Shown piece by piece: positions 46,655 to 56,999 of a DNA stretch of 64,000 nt. A model generated the notes under the pieces. That model was not told the DNA's origin. It did not search any database and worked only from the letters and a program-made list of their open reading frames with translations. Every line of letters begins with the position of its first letter. The first letter of the stretch is position 1. Source of the stretch: Bacteroidota bacterium (GTDB taxonomy: Bacteria; Bacteroidota; Bacteroidia; Chitinophagales; Chitinophagaceae). A program made the translations under genes and the position numbers. The stretch is taken from the NCBI GenBank assembly GCA_023422565.1, contig JAFAGR010000021.1, positions 7,227 through 71,226 of the forward strand, written 5' to 3'.

Positions 46655-47944
46655 ATGAAACATCTTCCACTTAATACAGACATTTTTCGCCAAAACCGGG
46701 AAAGATTTGTGAGTAAAATGGATAAAAATGCGATGGCCATTTTCAACAGTAATGATGAATTGCCCACAAATGGCGACGCGCTTCATCCTTTCAAGCAGAA
46801 TTCTGACCTCTATTGGCTAACCGGGATCCAGCAGGAAGATACCATGCTGGTGTTGATGCCAGGCCATGCTGATCCCCGGTATCGCGAAGTTCTCGTTCTC
46901 GTGAGGCCCAATGAACTGAAAGAAAAGTGGGATGGGTTTCGTTTGCGTGCAAAGGAAGCAACTGCTATTTCAGGAATTGAAACCATTGTGTGGCTTGATG
47001 CACTCGATGCAGTTCTTCAGCCGTGGATACATTTACATGACATTATCTACCTGAATAGCAATGAAAACAACAGGAAACACAATCTCGTTCCTGTTCGTGA
47101 TTACCGCTTTGCAAAGGAAATGATGGAGCGTTACCCTCTTCATCAATACCGCCGCGCCGCGCCTATTCTGCGCGACCTTCGTGCAGTAAAGTCTGCCCTG
47201 GAGGTGGAAGTGATGCAGCAGGCAATGAACATCACCGAAACCACTTTCCGCCGGTTACTGAAATTCATTAAGCCCGGAGTGATGGAGTATGAAATCGAGG
47301 CAGAGATCTATCATTCCTTTCTCAGCCAACGGTCTGCCGGCCCTGCCTACGGGTCAATTGTAGCGAGTGGCGATAATGCCAGAATTTTACATTACGTTTC
47401 TAACAACGCCGAATGCAAGGATGGTGACCTTATATTAATGGACTTTGGTGCCGAGTACGGCGGCTATAATGCAGACCTTACAAGAACAATTCCCGTAAAT
47501 GGTAAATTCACAAGAAGGCAGAAAACGGTTTATAATGCATGCCTGGATCTTCACCGTTACTGTGCCTCAATCCTTAATCCGGGCATCAGCATTAAGGATT
47601 ACACGGAAAAGGTGGGTGATCAGGCCACGGTGTTGTTTCAGAAGATCGGCCTTTTGAAAAAGTCGGATATTAAAAATGAGGATCCTGAAAATCGTGCTTA
47701 TCGCCGGTATTTATATCATGGCATATCTCATCATCTTGGTATAGATGTGCACGATCTCGGCACCATGACCGAACCGATCAAGGCAGGGATGGTGTTTACC
47801 ATTGAGCCCGGAATATATATTGAAGAAGAACAGATGGGTATTCGTATTGAAAACAATTATTGGATCACCAAATCCGGTAACAAAGACCTTATGAAAAATA
47901 TTCCCATCACTGTGGAAGAAATTGAAGCTTTAATGAAAGCTTAA
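46655..47944 (+). CDS. Xaa-Pro aminopeptidase (M24B)
   Basis: FKQNSDLYWLTG, LHY, DFGAE...ADLTRT, HHLGIDVHD, TIEPGIY, IRIE. Confidence 0.92.
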   Translation: MKHLPLNTDIFRQNRERFVSKMDKNAMAIFNSNDELPTNGDALHPFKQNSDLYWLTGIQQEDTMLVLMPGHADPRYREVLVLVRPNELKEKWDGFRLRAKEATAISGIETIVWLDALDAVLQPWIHLHDIIYLNSNENNRKHNLVPVRDYRFAKEMMERYPLHQYRRAAPILRDLRAVKSALEVEVMQQAMNITETTFRRLLKFIKPGVMEYEIEAEIYHSFLSQRSAGPAYGSIVASGDNARILHYVSNNAECKDGDLILMDFGAEYGGYNADLTRTIPVNGKFTRRQKTVYNACLDLHRYCASILNPGISIKDYTEKVGDQATVLFQKIGLLKKSDIKNEDPENRAYRRYLYHGISHHLGIDVHDLGTMTEPIKAGMVFTIEPGIYIEEEQMGIRIENNYWITKSGNKDLMKNIPITVEEIEALMKA

Positions 47945-47978
47945 GCAAAACCGAAAGTTTAATTAAACCCAGGAATTC

Positions 47979-48740
47979 TTGAAACTCATACCAAATCTGT
48001 TTACGCTGCTGAATCTCGTTTTCGGGTGCCTTGCTATAATCAGTATTCTGCAAAATGGTATTGTACTGCATTATGATGATGAGGGATCGCAATTGGTTGC
48101 GGTGTCTGAAAATTTGCGGATGGCTTCAATGTTCATCGCCATTGCAGCGGTGATAGATTTTTTAGACGGATTTGTGGCAAGGTTGCTCGGAGCTTCTTCC
48201 GAGCTTGGCAAGCAACTGGATTCGCTGGCCGATGTGGTGAGTTTTGGTGTGGCCCCTGCGATGATACTTTACCAATTTTTGAGAATGAGCTGGGTGGCAG
48301 AAGAAGATGGTATTAACGTATCTGCGTTATGGCTGATACCTGCGCTTTTGGTAGCAGTTGCCGCTGCATACAGGCTCGGGAAATTTAATGTTGATGAAGG
48401 CCAGAAGTTCGGGTTTCGCGGAATGCCAACGCCTGCTGTAGGTTTATTCGCGGCATCGCTTCCGATGATCTATTGGGGAGATTCATTCCCCGCCATTCAG
48501 CAAATGCTTCTTAATAAATGGGTTCTATATGCATTGATATTGTTACTGAGCTGGCTTATGGTAAGCAACCTGCCCATGCTCGCGATGAAGTTTAAAAACT
48601 ACAGTTTTAAAAGCAATCTTCCCCGCTACTTACTAATAATCACCGGCCTCGTATCAATATTATTGCTGGGCTGGCTTGCAGTGCCTGTTATCTTTCTCGC
48701 TTACATTATTTTATCTTTGGCCTTTAAAAACTACACATGA
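47979..48740 (+). CDS. pssA: CDP-alcohol phosphatidyltransferase (PssA-like), TTG start
   Basis: IPNLFTLLN, DFLDGFVAR...GKQLDSLADVVSFGVAP, FRGMPTP. Confidence 0.88.
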   Translation: MKLIPNLFTLLNLVFGCLAIISILQNGIVLHYDDEGSQLVAVSENLRMASMFIAIAAVIDFLDGFVARLLGASSELGKQLDSLADVVSFGVAPAMILYQFLRMSWVAEEDGINVSALWLIPALLVAVAAAYRLGKFNVDEGQKFGFRGMPTPAVGLFAASLPMIYWGDSFPAIQQMLLNKWVLYALILLLSWLMVSNLPMLAMKFKNYSFKSNLPRYLLIITGLVSILLLGWLAVPVIFLAYIILSLAFKNYT

Positions 48741-48985
48741 CTTATTCAGTTCAGGTAAAAGTGATGCCTTTAAAAGATTTGCTTGATCCGCAAGGCAAGG
48801 CGGTGATGGGTGGATTACAAAACCTCGGCCTTGGTTCAATAGAAGATGTGCGGATTGGTAAAAGTATAGACATGCGCATCAATGCCGCTACAAAAGATGA
48901 AGCGACTGCGCTTGCTCAGGAAGCGGCAAAAAAACTTTTAGCCAACCCGGTTATGGAAACATTTGAGGTTACCGTGGCCGAATGA
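48737..48985 (+). CDS. purS: Phosphoribosylformylglycinamidine synthase subunit PurS
   Basis: LLDPQGKAV, VRIGK, LLANPVME. Confidence 0.95.
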   Translation: MTYSVQVKVMPLKDLLDPQGKAVMGGLQNLGLGSIEDVRIGKSIDMRINAATKDEATALAQEAAKKLLANPVMETFEVTVAE

Positions 48986-49013
48986 AATTTCTTTGATCTT
49001 CTAATTTATACTC

Positions 49014-49679
49014 ATGCTGTACCTGGTACCTTCCCCGATCGGGAACTTAGGTGATATTACTTACCGGGCAGTTGAAACTCTTCGCGCTGCAGATCTTATT
49101 CTTGCAGAAGACACCCGCACTTCCTCAGTTCTGCTGAATCATTACAATATACAAAAGCCGGTATCGCCCTATCACCAGCACAATGAACATAAGGTGGCCG
49201 CACATCTTGCAGATCAGATGGAGGCGGGAAAGATCGTTGCCTTGCTTACAGATGCCGGTACGCCCGGAATCAGCGATCCCGCCTTTTTGTTGATCAGGGA
49301 ATGTATCTCGCGCGATATTAAAGTGGAATGCCTGCCCGGAGCCACAGCATTTGTGCCGGCCCTGGTAAACAGTGGCTTACCAATGGACAGCTTTTGCTTT
49401 GAAGGGTTCCTTCCATTAAAGAAAGGCAGGCACACCTTACTGTTACGCCTGGCCGAAGAAAAACGAACAATGATCTTTTATGAGAGCCCGATGCGGTTGG
49501 TGAAAACGCTTGCACAATTCATGGAGTATTTCGGAGAAGAACGGCAATGCTGCGTGAGCCGTGAGCTTACCAAGAAGTTTGAAGAGAATAAGCGCGGTAC
49601 ATTACGCGAAGTTCACGATCATTTCAACAGCAAATCTGTAAAAGGAGAGATCGTAATTGTGCTTGGCGGTAAAAATTGA
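49014..49679 (+). CDS. rsmI: 16S rRNA (C1402-2'-O)-methyltransferase
   Basis: PIGNLGDITYRA, AEDTR, DAGTPGISDP, YESP, RELTK. Confidence 0.96.
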   Translation: MLYLVPSPIGNLGDITYRAVETLRAADLILAEDTRTSSVLLNHYNIQKPVSPYHQHNEHKVAAHLADQMEAGKIVALLTDAGTPGISDPAFLLIRECISRDIKVECLPGATAFVPALVNSGLPMDSFCFEGFLPLKKGRHTLLLRLAEEKRTMIFYESPMRLVKTLAQFMEYFGEERQCCVSRELTKKFEENKRGTLREVHDHFNSKSVKGEIVIVLGGKN

Positions 49680-49987
49680 TATGTACTAACGGAAAGGTAT
49701 GTACGAATTTGGGGCTGTGTGCAGCGGATTCTTTTCCCGGCAGGTGTTCCGGCCACTTCTGTCCGGCAGCCCTTCACCAGCGAAACCATATCCAGCAATA
49801 AAGTTCGTAGTCAGTAGTCAGTAGTCCGTAGTCATTAATCTGTAGCCCTATCCTAGGGATCTTACAGATTATAACCCAAAGCTAGTATCTCGAATCCGAC
49901 ATCCCATCTGCCACATCCCAAGCCTGCTATCAACTTTTCCATTTCATTAAGAACATTTCCGTTAATTTCCCAGCCATAATAAAAGCT

Positions 49988-51910
49988 ATGAAATATTTAT
50001 TATTTGCAATTTGTGTATTGCTTACCATTTCGCTAACGGCGCAGGATAAACGCTGGCAACAACGCGCCGATTATGTGATGAACATTGATATGAACGTGGA
50101 AACTAACCGGTTTAACGGTGTTCAAAAGCTCACTTATACCAACAATTCTCCCGATACGCTAAGGCGCCTTTTTTATCATCTGTATTTTAACGCATTCCAG
50201 CCCGGCAGCAGTATGGATATACGCTCGCAGGAACTTGGAAAGAACAAAGTAAATGGCCGTGCAGATTGGGATTCGCGCGTGAAGGACCGTATTTCGAAAT
50301 TGCAGCCGAACGAGATCGGTTACCAGAAAATTTCATCGCTCAAAATGAACGGTAAGTTGCAAAAGTTCACTTACCATGAAACCATACTTGAAGTGCATTT
50401 GAATTCACCCGTACTTCCGGGGAAAACGGTGGTGCTTGATATGGAGTTTGAAGCGCAGGTTCCTTTGCAGGTTCGAAGAAGCGGGCGTGATAATCCTAGT
50501 AACGGCGTGCGCCTCAGTATGAGCCAGTGGTATCCTAAACTGTGCGAGTACGATGAAATGGGCTGGCATGCCGACCCTTACATTGCGCGTGAATTTTACG
50601 GGGTTTGGGGCGATTACCAAGTGAACATAAAAATCGATAAAAACTATAAGCTCGCCGGTACAGGGGTGTTGGTTAACGCGGCGGAAATCGGGTGGGGATA
50701 TGATACACCAGGATCGCCGTTGAAACCAACGGCAACGGCTAAACGCACGTGGAGATTCTCCGGAAAGAATATTCACGATTTTGTTTGGGCTGCAGACCCT
50801 GATTACAAGCATATCGTAAAGAAGATAGCCAACGGTCCCACCATTCATGTGGTGTATAACGATAAGCCCGGTGACCTTGCCAACGACAGCGCGTGGATGA
50901 AAGTTGCCGATGCTGCCGTAGCCGTGTTCCCTTTTGTTGAGGAGCGGTTTGGTAAATATCCTTATCCCCAATATTCATTCATACAGGGCGGAGATGGCGG
51001 AATGGAGTATGCAATGGCCACACTGTTAAACGGGCCCTCGCTTGGTACGGCTTTTCACGAGTTGATGCACAGTTGGTACCAGATGGTGCTTGGCTTTAAC
51101 GAAAGCCTGTATGCCTGGATGGATGAGGGTTTTACAAATTTTTCCGAGGAGCTTGTGGGTAAGTTTTATCATAAAAGATCCGGGTTGCAGGATTATCGCG
51201 ATAAATCTGCTTTAAATCCCGGCAACGTGTATTTGAGGGAAATGACTGAAATACTCCCTGAAGATCACGCGGGGAGTTATGAAAATTATTACGGCCTTGT
51301 TGCCTCGGGATTGGAAGAGCCGATGACCACACATGCAGATCACTTCAACACCAACTTCGCTTACTCAATAGCAGCCTATTCAAAGGGCGCGATCTTTCTT
51401 GAGCAGCTAGGCTATATAATCGGCGCGAAGAATCGCGATGCGGTTTTAAAATCATTCTATGAAAAATACAAATTCACACATCCAGATGCCGATGATTTTA
51501 TCAGGCATGCGCAATTGGAAACCGGACTTCAGTTGAACTGGTATAAACAATACTGGGTGAACTCTACAAAAACGATCGACTATTCAATTGACAGCGTATG
51601 GAATGAGGGCAGTGAAGGAAAGGTGCAATTGCGCAGGATAGGGCACATGCCAATGCCGATTGATGTTAAGATCACTTTTAAAGACGGAACTACAGAATGG
51701 CATTACATACCGCTAAACCTGATGTTTGGGGTAAAGGAAAATGAGGAAGCGGGTTCAACAAGAAAGATTTGGGAGGCTTGGAAATGGACGCATCCGACAT
51801 ACACATTTACATCCACAAAGAGCATAGACCAGATCGCTTCCATTGAGATCGATCCGTCAAAGCGTATGGCCGATGTGAGGAGGAAGAATAATTGGTGGAA
51901 GGGGAACTAA
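49988..51910 (+). CDS. Exported M1-family zinc metallopeptidase
   Basis: Signal peptide, QWYPK, GGMEY, HELMH...WMDEG, YSKG. Confidence 0.93.
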   Translation: MKYLLFAICVLLTISLTAQDKRWQQRADYVMNIDMNVETNRFNGVQKLTYTNNSPDTLRRLFYHLYFNAFQPGSSMDIRSQELGKNKVNGRADWDSRVKDRISKLQPNEIGYQKISSLKMNGKLQKFTYHETILEVHLNSPVLPGKTVVLDMEFEAQVPLQVRRSGRDNPSNGVRLSMSQWYPKLCEYDEMGWHADPYIAREFYGVWGDYQVNIKIDKNYKLAGTGVLVNAAEIGWGYDTPGSPLKPTATAKRTWRFSGKNIHDFVWAADPDYKHIVKKIANGPTIHVVYNDKPGDLANDSAWMKVADAAVAVFPFVEERFGKYPYPQYSFIQGGDGGMEYAMATLLNGPSLGTAFHELMHSWYQMVLGFNESLYAWMDEGFTNFSEELVGKFYHKRSGLQDYRDKSALNPGNVYLREMTEILPEDHAGSYENYYGLVASGLEEPMTTHADHFNTNFAYSIAAYSKGAIFLEQLGYIIGAKNRDAVLKSFYEKYKFTHPDADDFIRHAQLETGLQLNWYKQYWVNSTKTIDYSIDSVWNEGSEGKVQLRRIGHMPMPIDVKITFKDGTTEWHYIPLNLMFGVKENEEAGSTRKIWEAWKWTHPTYTFTSTKSIDQIASIEIDPSKRMADVRRKNNWWKGN

Positions 51911-51959
51911 TTGATCTGTTTTCGAATCGTTTGAAATGTAAAATGCTACCGAATATTCC

Positions 51960-52046
51960 GCGTGAGGGATAGCGGCGATACCCCCGGCCTTGGCCGGGGT
52001 AAAGCCAATAGCCCGACCCCCGACGCTCCGGTCGGGGGACACGCCC
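51960..52046 (+). ncRNA. Structured repeat element copy 2
   Basis: GCGTG AGGGATAG..hairpin..AATAGCCCG..hairpin..CACGCCC, between convergent genes. Confidence 0.6.
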
Positions 52047-52154
52047 AAATGTGCTTCGTTCGTACCCCAAGACCCAACTCTGCGCACAAGATATTTGAAA
52101 TGAAAGTTCGTCTATTCGTAATAGTTAGTCACCAGATATGTATTTAACCAGTTG

Positions 52155-52772
52155 TTACAATTTCTGGTACAGCAGGAATTTTTCTTTGAAATAATCTTCT
52201 TCAAAGAATCCGTTTATTTCCCACACATGAGGTTTGCAGCCGCTTTCGAAGATCTCTTTGGTAAGGTCGCCGCCTTTGAGGCAGATGAGTCCGTTAGGTT
52301 GGTTTGATGTGCGCCTCAGCAAAGGTTTGCTCCATCGCCATAAGTCGCCAAGCGGGGCAACGGCACGCGATACCACCACATCAAATTTGCGGTTCTTAAT
52401 ATCTTCCGCGCGTGTATGCTTTACCGTTATGTTGTTGATGCCGAGTGTTTCGGAAACGGCAGAAACCACTTTCAGTTTTTTATTGATACTGTCTGCCAGG
52501 AGAAAATTTACATTCGGAAACATTATCGCAAGCGGTACACCGGGAAAGCCGCCACCGGTGCCCAGGTCAAGCACTTCATAGTTATCGGGAAATTCAAACC
52601 CGGCCGCTATGGTGAGAGAGTGGAGTACATGGTGAAGATAAAAATGGTCCATATCCTTGCGGCTGATCACATTTATCTTTTGATTCCAATCTTCATACAG
52701 TTCCTTTAAACCTTCGAGTTGAGAAAGTTGAGCAGGGGTGAAGTCAGAAAAGTATTTTAAAATAGTATCCAT
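52155..52772 (-). CDS. rsmG: 16S rRNA (G527-N7)-methyltransferase
   Basis: WNQKINVISRKD, HVLHS, DLGTGGGFPG, SRAVA, LKG. Confidence 0.96.
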   Translation of the reverse strand: MDTILKYFSDFTPAQLSQLEGLKELYEDWNQKINVISRKDMDHFYLHHVLHSLTIAAGFEFPDNYEVLDLGTGGGFPGVPLAIMFPNVNFLLADSINKKLKVVSAVSETLGINNITVKHTRAEDIKNRKFDVVVSRAVAPLGDLWRWSKPLLRRTSNQPNGLICLKGGDLTKEIFESGCKPHVWEINGFFEEDYFKEKFLLYQKL

Positions 52773-53905
52773 TATTTCCAGGTGTGCTGCGGCTTTTTTA
52801 CCAGGCTTTTTGCAAAGATGAGGTAATAAAAAAACATCCAGATATCCAGCAGCAGGAAAAACGGAAAGAGGTCTTTTTCGCCAAGCCGGTTCATCGTCTT
52901 CCAGAAAACGATCGTTTGTATTATTAATCTGCCGGCAAAAATTGCCAGCGAGATCTTCCAGCTGTAAAATAGCAGTGCAAGAACGAATGCCGGATAGAAA
53001 AGGAATTGGGATAGCGCGTAAGTACCCAGCAAAAATTTATGTATGGGCCGGTAGAATTTTCCGGTGGTATAATGGCGTTGCTTTTGTTTTCGCCATTTTG
53101 AAAATGTTTGAACAGGCTTGCTGATCGTAAAGCTTTCGGGGTGAATTTGAATGGCCGTATTTTTTTTGTTCGCCACTTTATTTATGAAGAGATCATCATC
53201 GCCCCCCGGAATATTGTTGTGGGAAGAAAAGCCTTTTTGCCGGAAGAAGACGGCTTTTTTATAACTCAGGTTTCTGCCTACGCCCATGTAGGGGAGTCCC
53301 GCGAGCGCATAACTTAAATATTGAAGAGCGGTGTGAAATGTTTCCCATCGGATCAATTTATTCAGCCACCCTTTTTGTTTATTGTACGGGCTGTAACCGA
53401 GAACGATCTCCGTGTTTTCACTGTAGGCCGACTGCATTCTTTCGATCCAGTGCTCGGAAGCAGGGATGCAATCTGCATCAGTGAGCAGCACGATCTCATG
53501 TTTAGCCGTTTTTATACCAATACTCAGCGGGAATTTTTTGCCGGGGATCATCTTTGCTTCCTGCGTAAGTTCCACCACCTGCATTTGGCGGAAAGACTTT
53601 TTCAATTCTTCAAGAAGGTATTTCGATTCATCGTATGAGTTATCGTTCACCACTATCACTTCGTGGGTGGTGGAATATTTTTGAACCAGGCTTCCGGGGA
53701 GATTGCGTGCAAGGTTTTCCGCTTCATCGCGCGCGCAGATGATCACGCTTACGGGATGGGTTTGCGTCACTTCCTTTTTTTTCGGATTGTGGGCGGCGAG
53801 TCGCGAGAAGAAAGCCAGGTAATAGATTATTTGAATGAGAGCTACCAGGCAAAAGAAAATGAAAAGAATCAATTGCCAGTGCAGGAGCAGCTTGGTGAGA
53901 TACAT
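52772..53905 (-). CDS. Family 2 glycosyltransferase, membrane-bound
   Basis: VSVIICARDE, VVNDNS, GKK, TDADC, GDDD, QKQRH, flanking TM helices. Confidence 0.92.
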   Translation of the reverse strand: MYLTKLLLHWQLILFIFFCLVALIQIIYYLAFFSRLAAHNPKKKEVTQTHPVSVIICARDEAENLARNLPGSLVQKYSTTHEVIVVNDNSYDESKYLLEELKKSFRQMQVVELTQEAKMIPGKKFPLSIGIKTAKHEIVLLTDADCIPASEHWIERMQSAYSENTEIVLGYSPYNKQKGWLNKLIRWETFHTALQYLSYALAGLPYMGVGRNLSYKKAVFFRQKGFSSHNNIPGGDDDLFINKVANKKNTAIQIHPESFTISKPVQTFSKWRKQKQRHYTTGKFYRPIHKFLLGTYALSQFLFYPAFVLALLFYSWKISLAIFAGRLIIQTIVFWKTMNRLGEKDLFPFFLLLDIWMFFYYLIFAKSLVKKPQHTWK

Positions 53906-53994
53906 GGGTGCAAATGTAGGGGTGAAAATTGAATGATTGGGGAGTGGGGGAAAGGGTTATTTCTTACGAAGAGCATATAACACGTCATCTGTCA

Positions 53995-54822
53995 TCAACA
54001 GGCCTTAAACGACCCTTCGCTTATCCTTTCACGGCGCACCCTCGTTATGAAATAGGGCTTTGAGCGCATCATGGCTTCAATTATCCGATGCCAGATCATT
54101 TTTTCTTGCTTGCAGAAACTTAGTTTGAAAAAGAATTCGTCAACATAGCCCTGCAGATATTTATCAGAACAGTGGTGATGGGTTCCGGTGATCCAGTGCT
54201 TAAAATTGTAGAGAATAATACTTTTGTTTTCTCCTACATACCGACCCGCGAGTAATTCGCAACGTTCAATCGATCCCTTTTCTAAAAAGGGCGTGCATGT
54301 TGTCACTTCTTTCTTTTTTCGCGCACATTTTTTCTTTTGGATTTTTACATCTACTCTTTGCAGGCTGTTCAAATTCTCGCCCCTATGCGTTAGAACAACG
54401 CTGTCAATCTTGCTGAATTTGGTGTCGGCAATTGTCCAATCCTCCTCTGGAAGCACCGCTCCCATTGCTTCCTGCACTTTTCGTTTAAAAAGCCATGCGG
54501 TTTTTTGATTCAGGGAAAACATTTTCCCCAACGTGACCGTTGAAATTCCATTCTTCAAAATGCCAATATGAAAAGCAATCGAAAATGCTTTAAGTAAGGG
54601 CATTTGAATTTTGTGGAAAAGGGTATTTGCAGTCATCGATTCATCAAACCTGCATTTTGAGCATCGCGCATGAAACAAGGTTCTCCCTTTCCAGAATTTG
54701 TTGTTGCCGCATCGTATGCATGAATATCTTTCTTTCCACTTCAGGTCAAATAAATATTGGCGACAGTCGTCCTCGGTTTTAAAAGACTTGTTGAAGTCTT
54801 CAAGGTCCATTCCTTTAAACAT
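53995..54822 (-). mobile_element. IS1595-family transposase-like gene with degenerate catalytic core
   Basis: N-terminal F..EDDC..YL...KW zinc ribbon (CxxC...CxxC), TANTLFH, HTH (QKTAW.FKRK), C-terminal WITGTHH..S.KYLQGYVDEF; no terminal inverted repeats recognised. Confidence 0.75.
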
Positions 54823-55016
54823 GTGTAATTTTTTAGACTGCTAAGATCAAGAATGGATCACTTCCTGTCAATTCCCCAAACTGGTGTATTAAGGGGAGGT
54901 AAATGGATAACGGAGCTGTCAATAAAGTGGTTCTTAAAGGAGGGTTGGGCGGGTTTAGACCCCCTTGTTCGCTCTACATTTGATTTGCTTTACTTTTGCC
55001 AGCCTAAAAAAACTTA

Positions 55017-56156
55017 ATGCCCGCACTGCAATTCACCATAAACGCTAACGATCCCTCCTCCTCCGCCCGTGCCGGTGAAATCACCACCGACCACGGCCTA
55101 ATCCAAACCCCCATCTTCATGCCGGTAGGCACCGTGGGAAGCGTGAAAGCCATAACACAACGTCAACTAATAGACGAAGTTCAGGCACAGATTATCCTCG
55201 GCAACACCTATCACCTCTACCTTCGCCCCGGCACTGAAATTCTGGAAGCCGCCGGCGGATTGCACAAGTTCAATGGCTGGGACCGGCCAATCCTTACCGA
55301 CAGCGGAGGATTCCAGGTTTTTTCGCTTGCTAATAACAGGAAACTTAACGAAGAAGGTGCATTGTTTCAATCGCATATTGACGGAAGCAAACATCTTTTC
55401 TCGCCGGAAAAAGTGATGGATATACAACGTTCTATCGGCGGCGATATCATTATGGCCTTCGATGAATGCCCGCCGGGAGGAAGCGAATACCAATACGCGA
55501 AAACATCAATGGAGCTCACGCACCGCTGGCTGAATCGTTGTTTCGATCGCTTTAATGCTACGCCGGACAAATACGGTTACACACAGAATCTTTTCCCCAT
55601 CGTTCAGGGCGGTGTTCACCATGATCTGAGAAAGGCCTCATGCGATTTTATCGCTTCCAAAAATGCTACCGGCAATGCCATCGGCGGATTAAGTGTTGGC
55701 GAACCCATCGAAACCATGTATGAAATTTGCCAACTTTGCTGCGATCATCTGCCGAAAGATAAACCCCGCTACCTGATGGGCGTAGGCACACCATGGAATA
55801 TTCTCGAGTGCATTGCCATGGGCGTGGATATGTTTGATTGCGTAATGCCCACCCGGAACGGGAGGAATGCGATGTTGTTCACCACGAATGGCGTTATTAA
55901 TATAGATAATAAAAAATGGGAGAAAGATTTTTCCCCAATCGATGAAACCATCGGCTGCCACATGAGCGCGTATTACTCAAAGGCCTATCTGCGCCACCTG
56001 ATGAAAAGCGGGGAGTATCTCGGGCTCACTATCGCCAGCGTGCACAATCTAGCTTTTTATTTATGGCTGGTGAAAGAAGCGAGAAAACGGATCATCGATG
56101 GCAATTTCTTATCCTGGAAAAATGAATTGGTGCCGCGGCTGCAGCAAAGGCTGTAA
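55017..56156 (+). CDS. tgt: Queuine tRNA-ribosyltransferase
   Basis: TPIFMPVGT, NTYHL, TDSGGFQV, GGLSVGE, DMFDCVMPTR, HNL. Confidence 0.98.
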   Translation: MPALQFTINANDPSSSARAGEITTDHGLIQTPIFMPVGTVGSVKAITQRQLIDEVQAQIILGNTYHLYLRPGTEILEAAGGLHKFNGWDRPILTDSGGFQVFSLANNRKLNEEGALFQSHIDGSKHLFSPEKVMDIQRSIGGDIIMAFDECPPGGSEYQYAKTSMELTHRWLNRCFDRFNATPDKYGYTQNLFPIVQGGVHHDLRKASCDFIASKNATGNAIGGLSVGEPIETMYEICQLCCDHLPKDKPRYLMGVGTPWNILECIAMGVDMFDCVMPTRNGRNAMLFTTNGVINIDNKKWEKDFSPIDETIGCHMSAYYSKAYLRHLMKSGEYLGLTIASVHNLAFYLWLVKEARKRIIDGNFLSWKNELVPRLQQRL

Positions 56157-56222
56157 TGTTTTCAACATCATAAACCCTTCCCGATAATTTTTATAAATTA
56201 GCCCTCCGAAAATGAAAACGTT

Positions 56223-56915
56223 ATGAGAAAATTATTTTTCCTGCTTTGCCTTCTTCCCGTACTCTCAATCGCTCAGGTGCAGGATGCTACGATCCCAAAA
56301 GATGCCCCGGTTGATGTGGCGGTGTCTGATTTTAAAAACAACACGCTTCAAAATGAGATCATCGTTTTTAGAAGTGTGGCCACGCAACGCGAATACCAGG
56401 GCCTTACAGACGAAAATGGAAAGTTCTCTATCAGGCTTCCGTCCGGCGATAAGTACGAAATTTTTATTCTCGGCTTCAAAGATTCAACAAGTTATAACGT
56501 GCTCGAAATTCCGGGCCTAACGGGGAAAGCCTATTACAAAGACCCGTTCAAGGTGGGCATTCAGTTCATGCCTTCGAAAACCTTTGTGCTTGACGATTGT
56601 AATTTCGAAACCGGTAAAGCAACGCTTGAACCGGAATCCTTTACCGTGCTTGATGAGCTGGTTGCTTACCTTAACAGGAAGGTGGATGAAAAGATCGAAC
56701 TCGGAGGACATACAGATAATGTGGGCTCCGCAGCCGCGAACCTTAAACTATCAGACGAAAGGGCAAATGCGGTTCGCAACTATCTTCTGGCAAAAGGCAT
56801 CGATGAAAGCCGCGTTACTGCTAAAGGCTACGGTATGACTGTGCCCATCGCGGATAACAAAACTGAAGAAGGCCGCGCGCAAAACCGGAGAACGGAAGTG
56901 AGAATATTGCAATAG
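56223..56915 (+). CDS. OmpA-like peptidoglycan-binding domain protein
   Basis: Signal peptide; GHTDNVG...NLKLSDERA..V, GYG, NRRTE. Confidence 0.92.
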   Translation: MRKLFFLLCLLPVLSIAQVQDATIPKDAPVDVAVSDFKNNTLQNEIIVFRSVATQREYQGLTDENGKFSIRLPSGDKYEIFILGFKDSTSYNVLEIPGLTGKAYYKDPFKVGIQFMPSKTFVLDDCNFETGKATLEPESFTVLDELVAYLNRKVDEKIELGGHTDNVGSAAANLKLSDERANAVRNYLLAKGIDESRVTAKGYGMTVPIADNKTEEGRAQNRRTEVRILQ

Positions 56916-56999
56916 TCGAAGGGCGTTAGTCTTTACTCACCAGGTAAATATTCATGGCTTAATCCTCAACTGCCATTTAAAATTTATAATTTCTGATTA

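Noticed and set aside
51807..52147. Three short overlapping ORFs between the M1 peptidase and rsmG
   Set aside because: They result from the GC-rich structured element, which lacks stop codons; no protein motifs.
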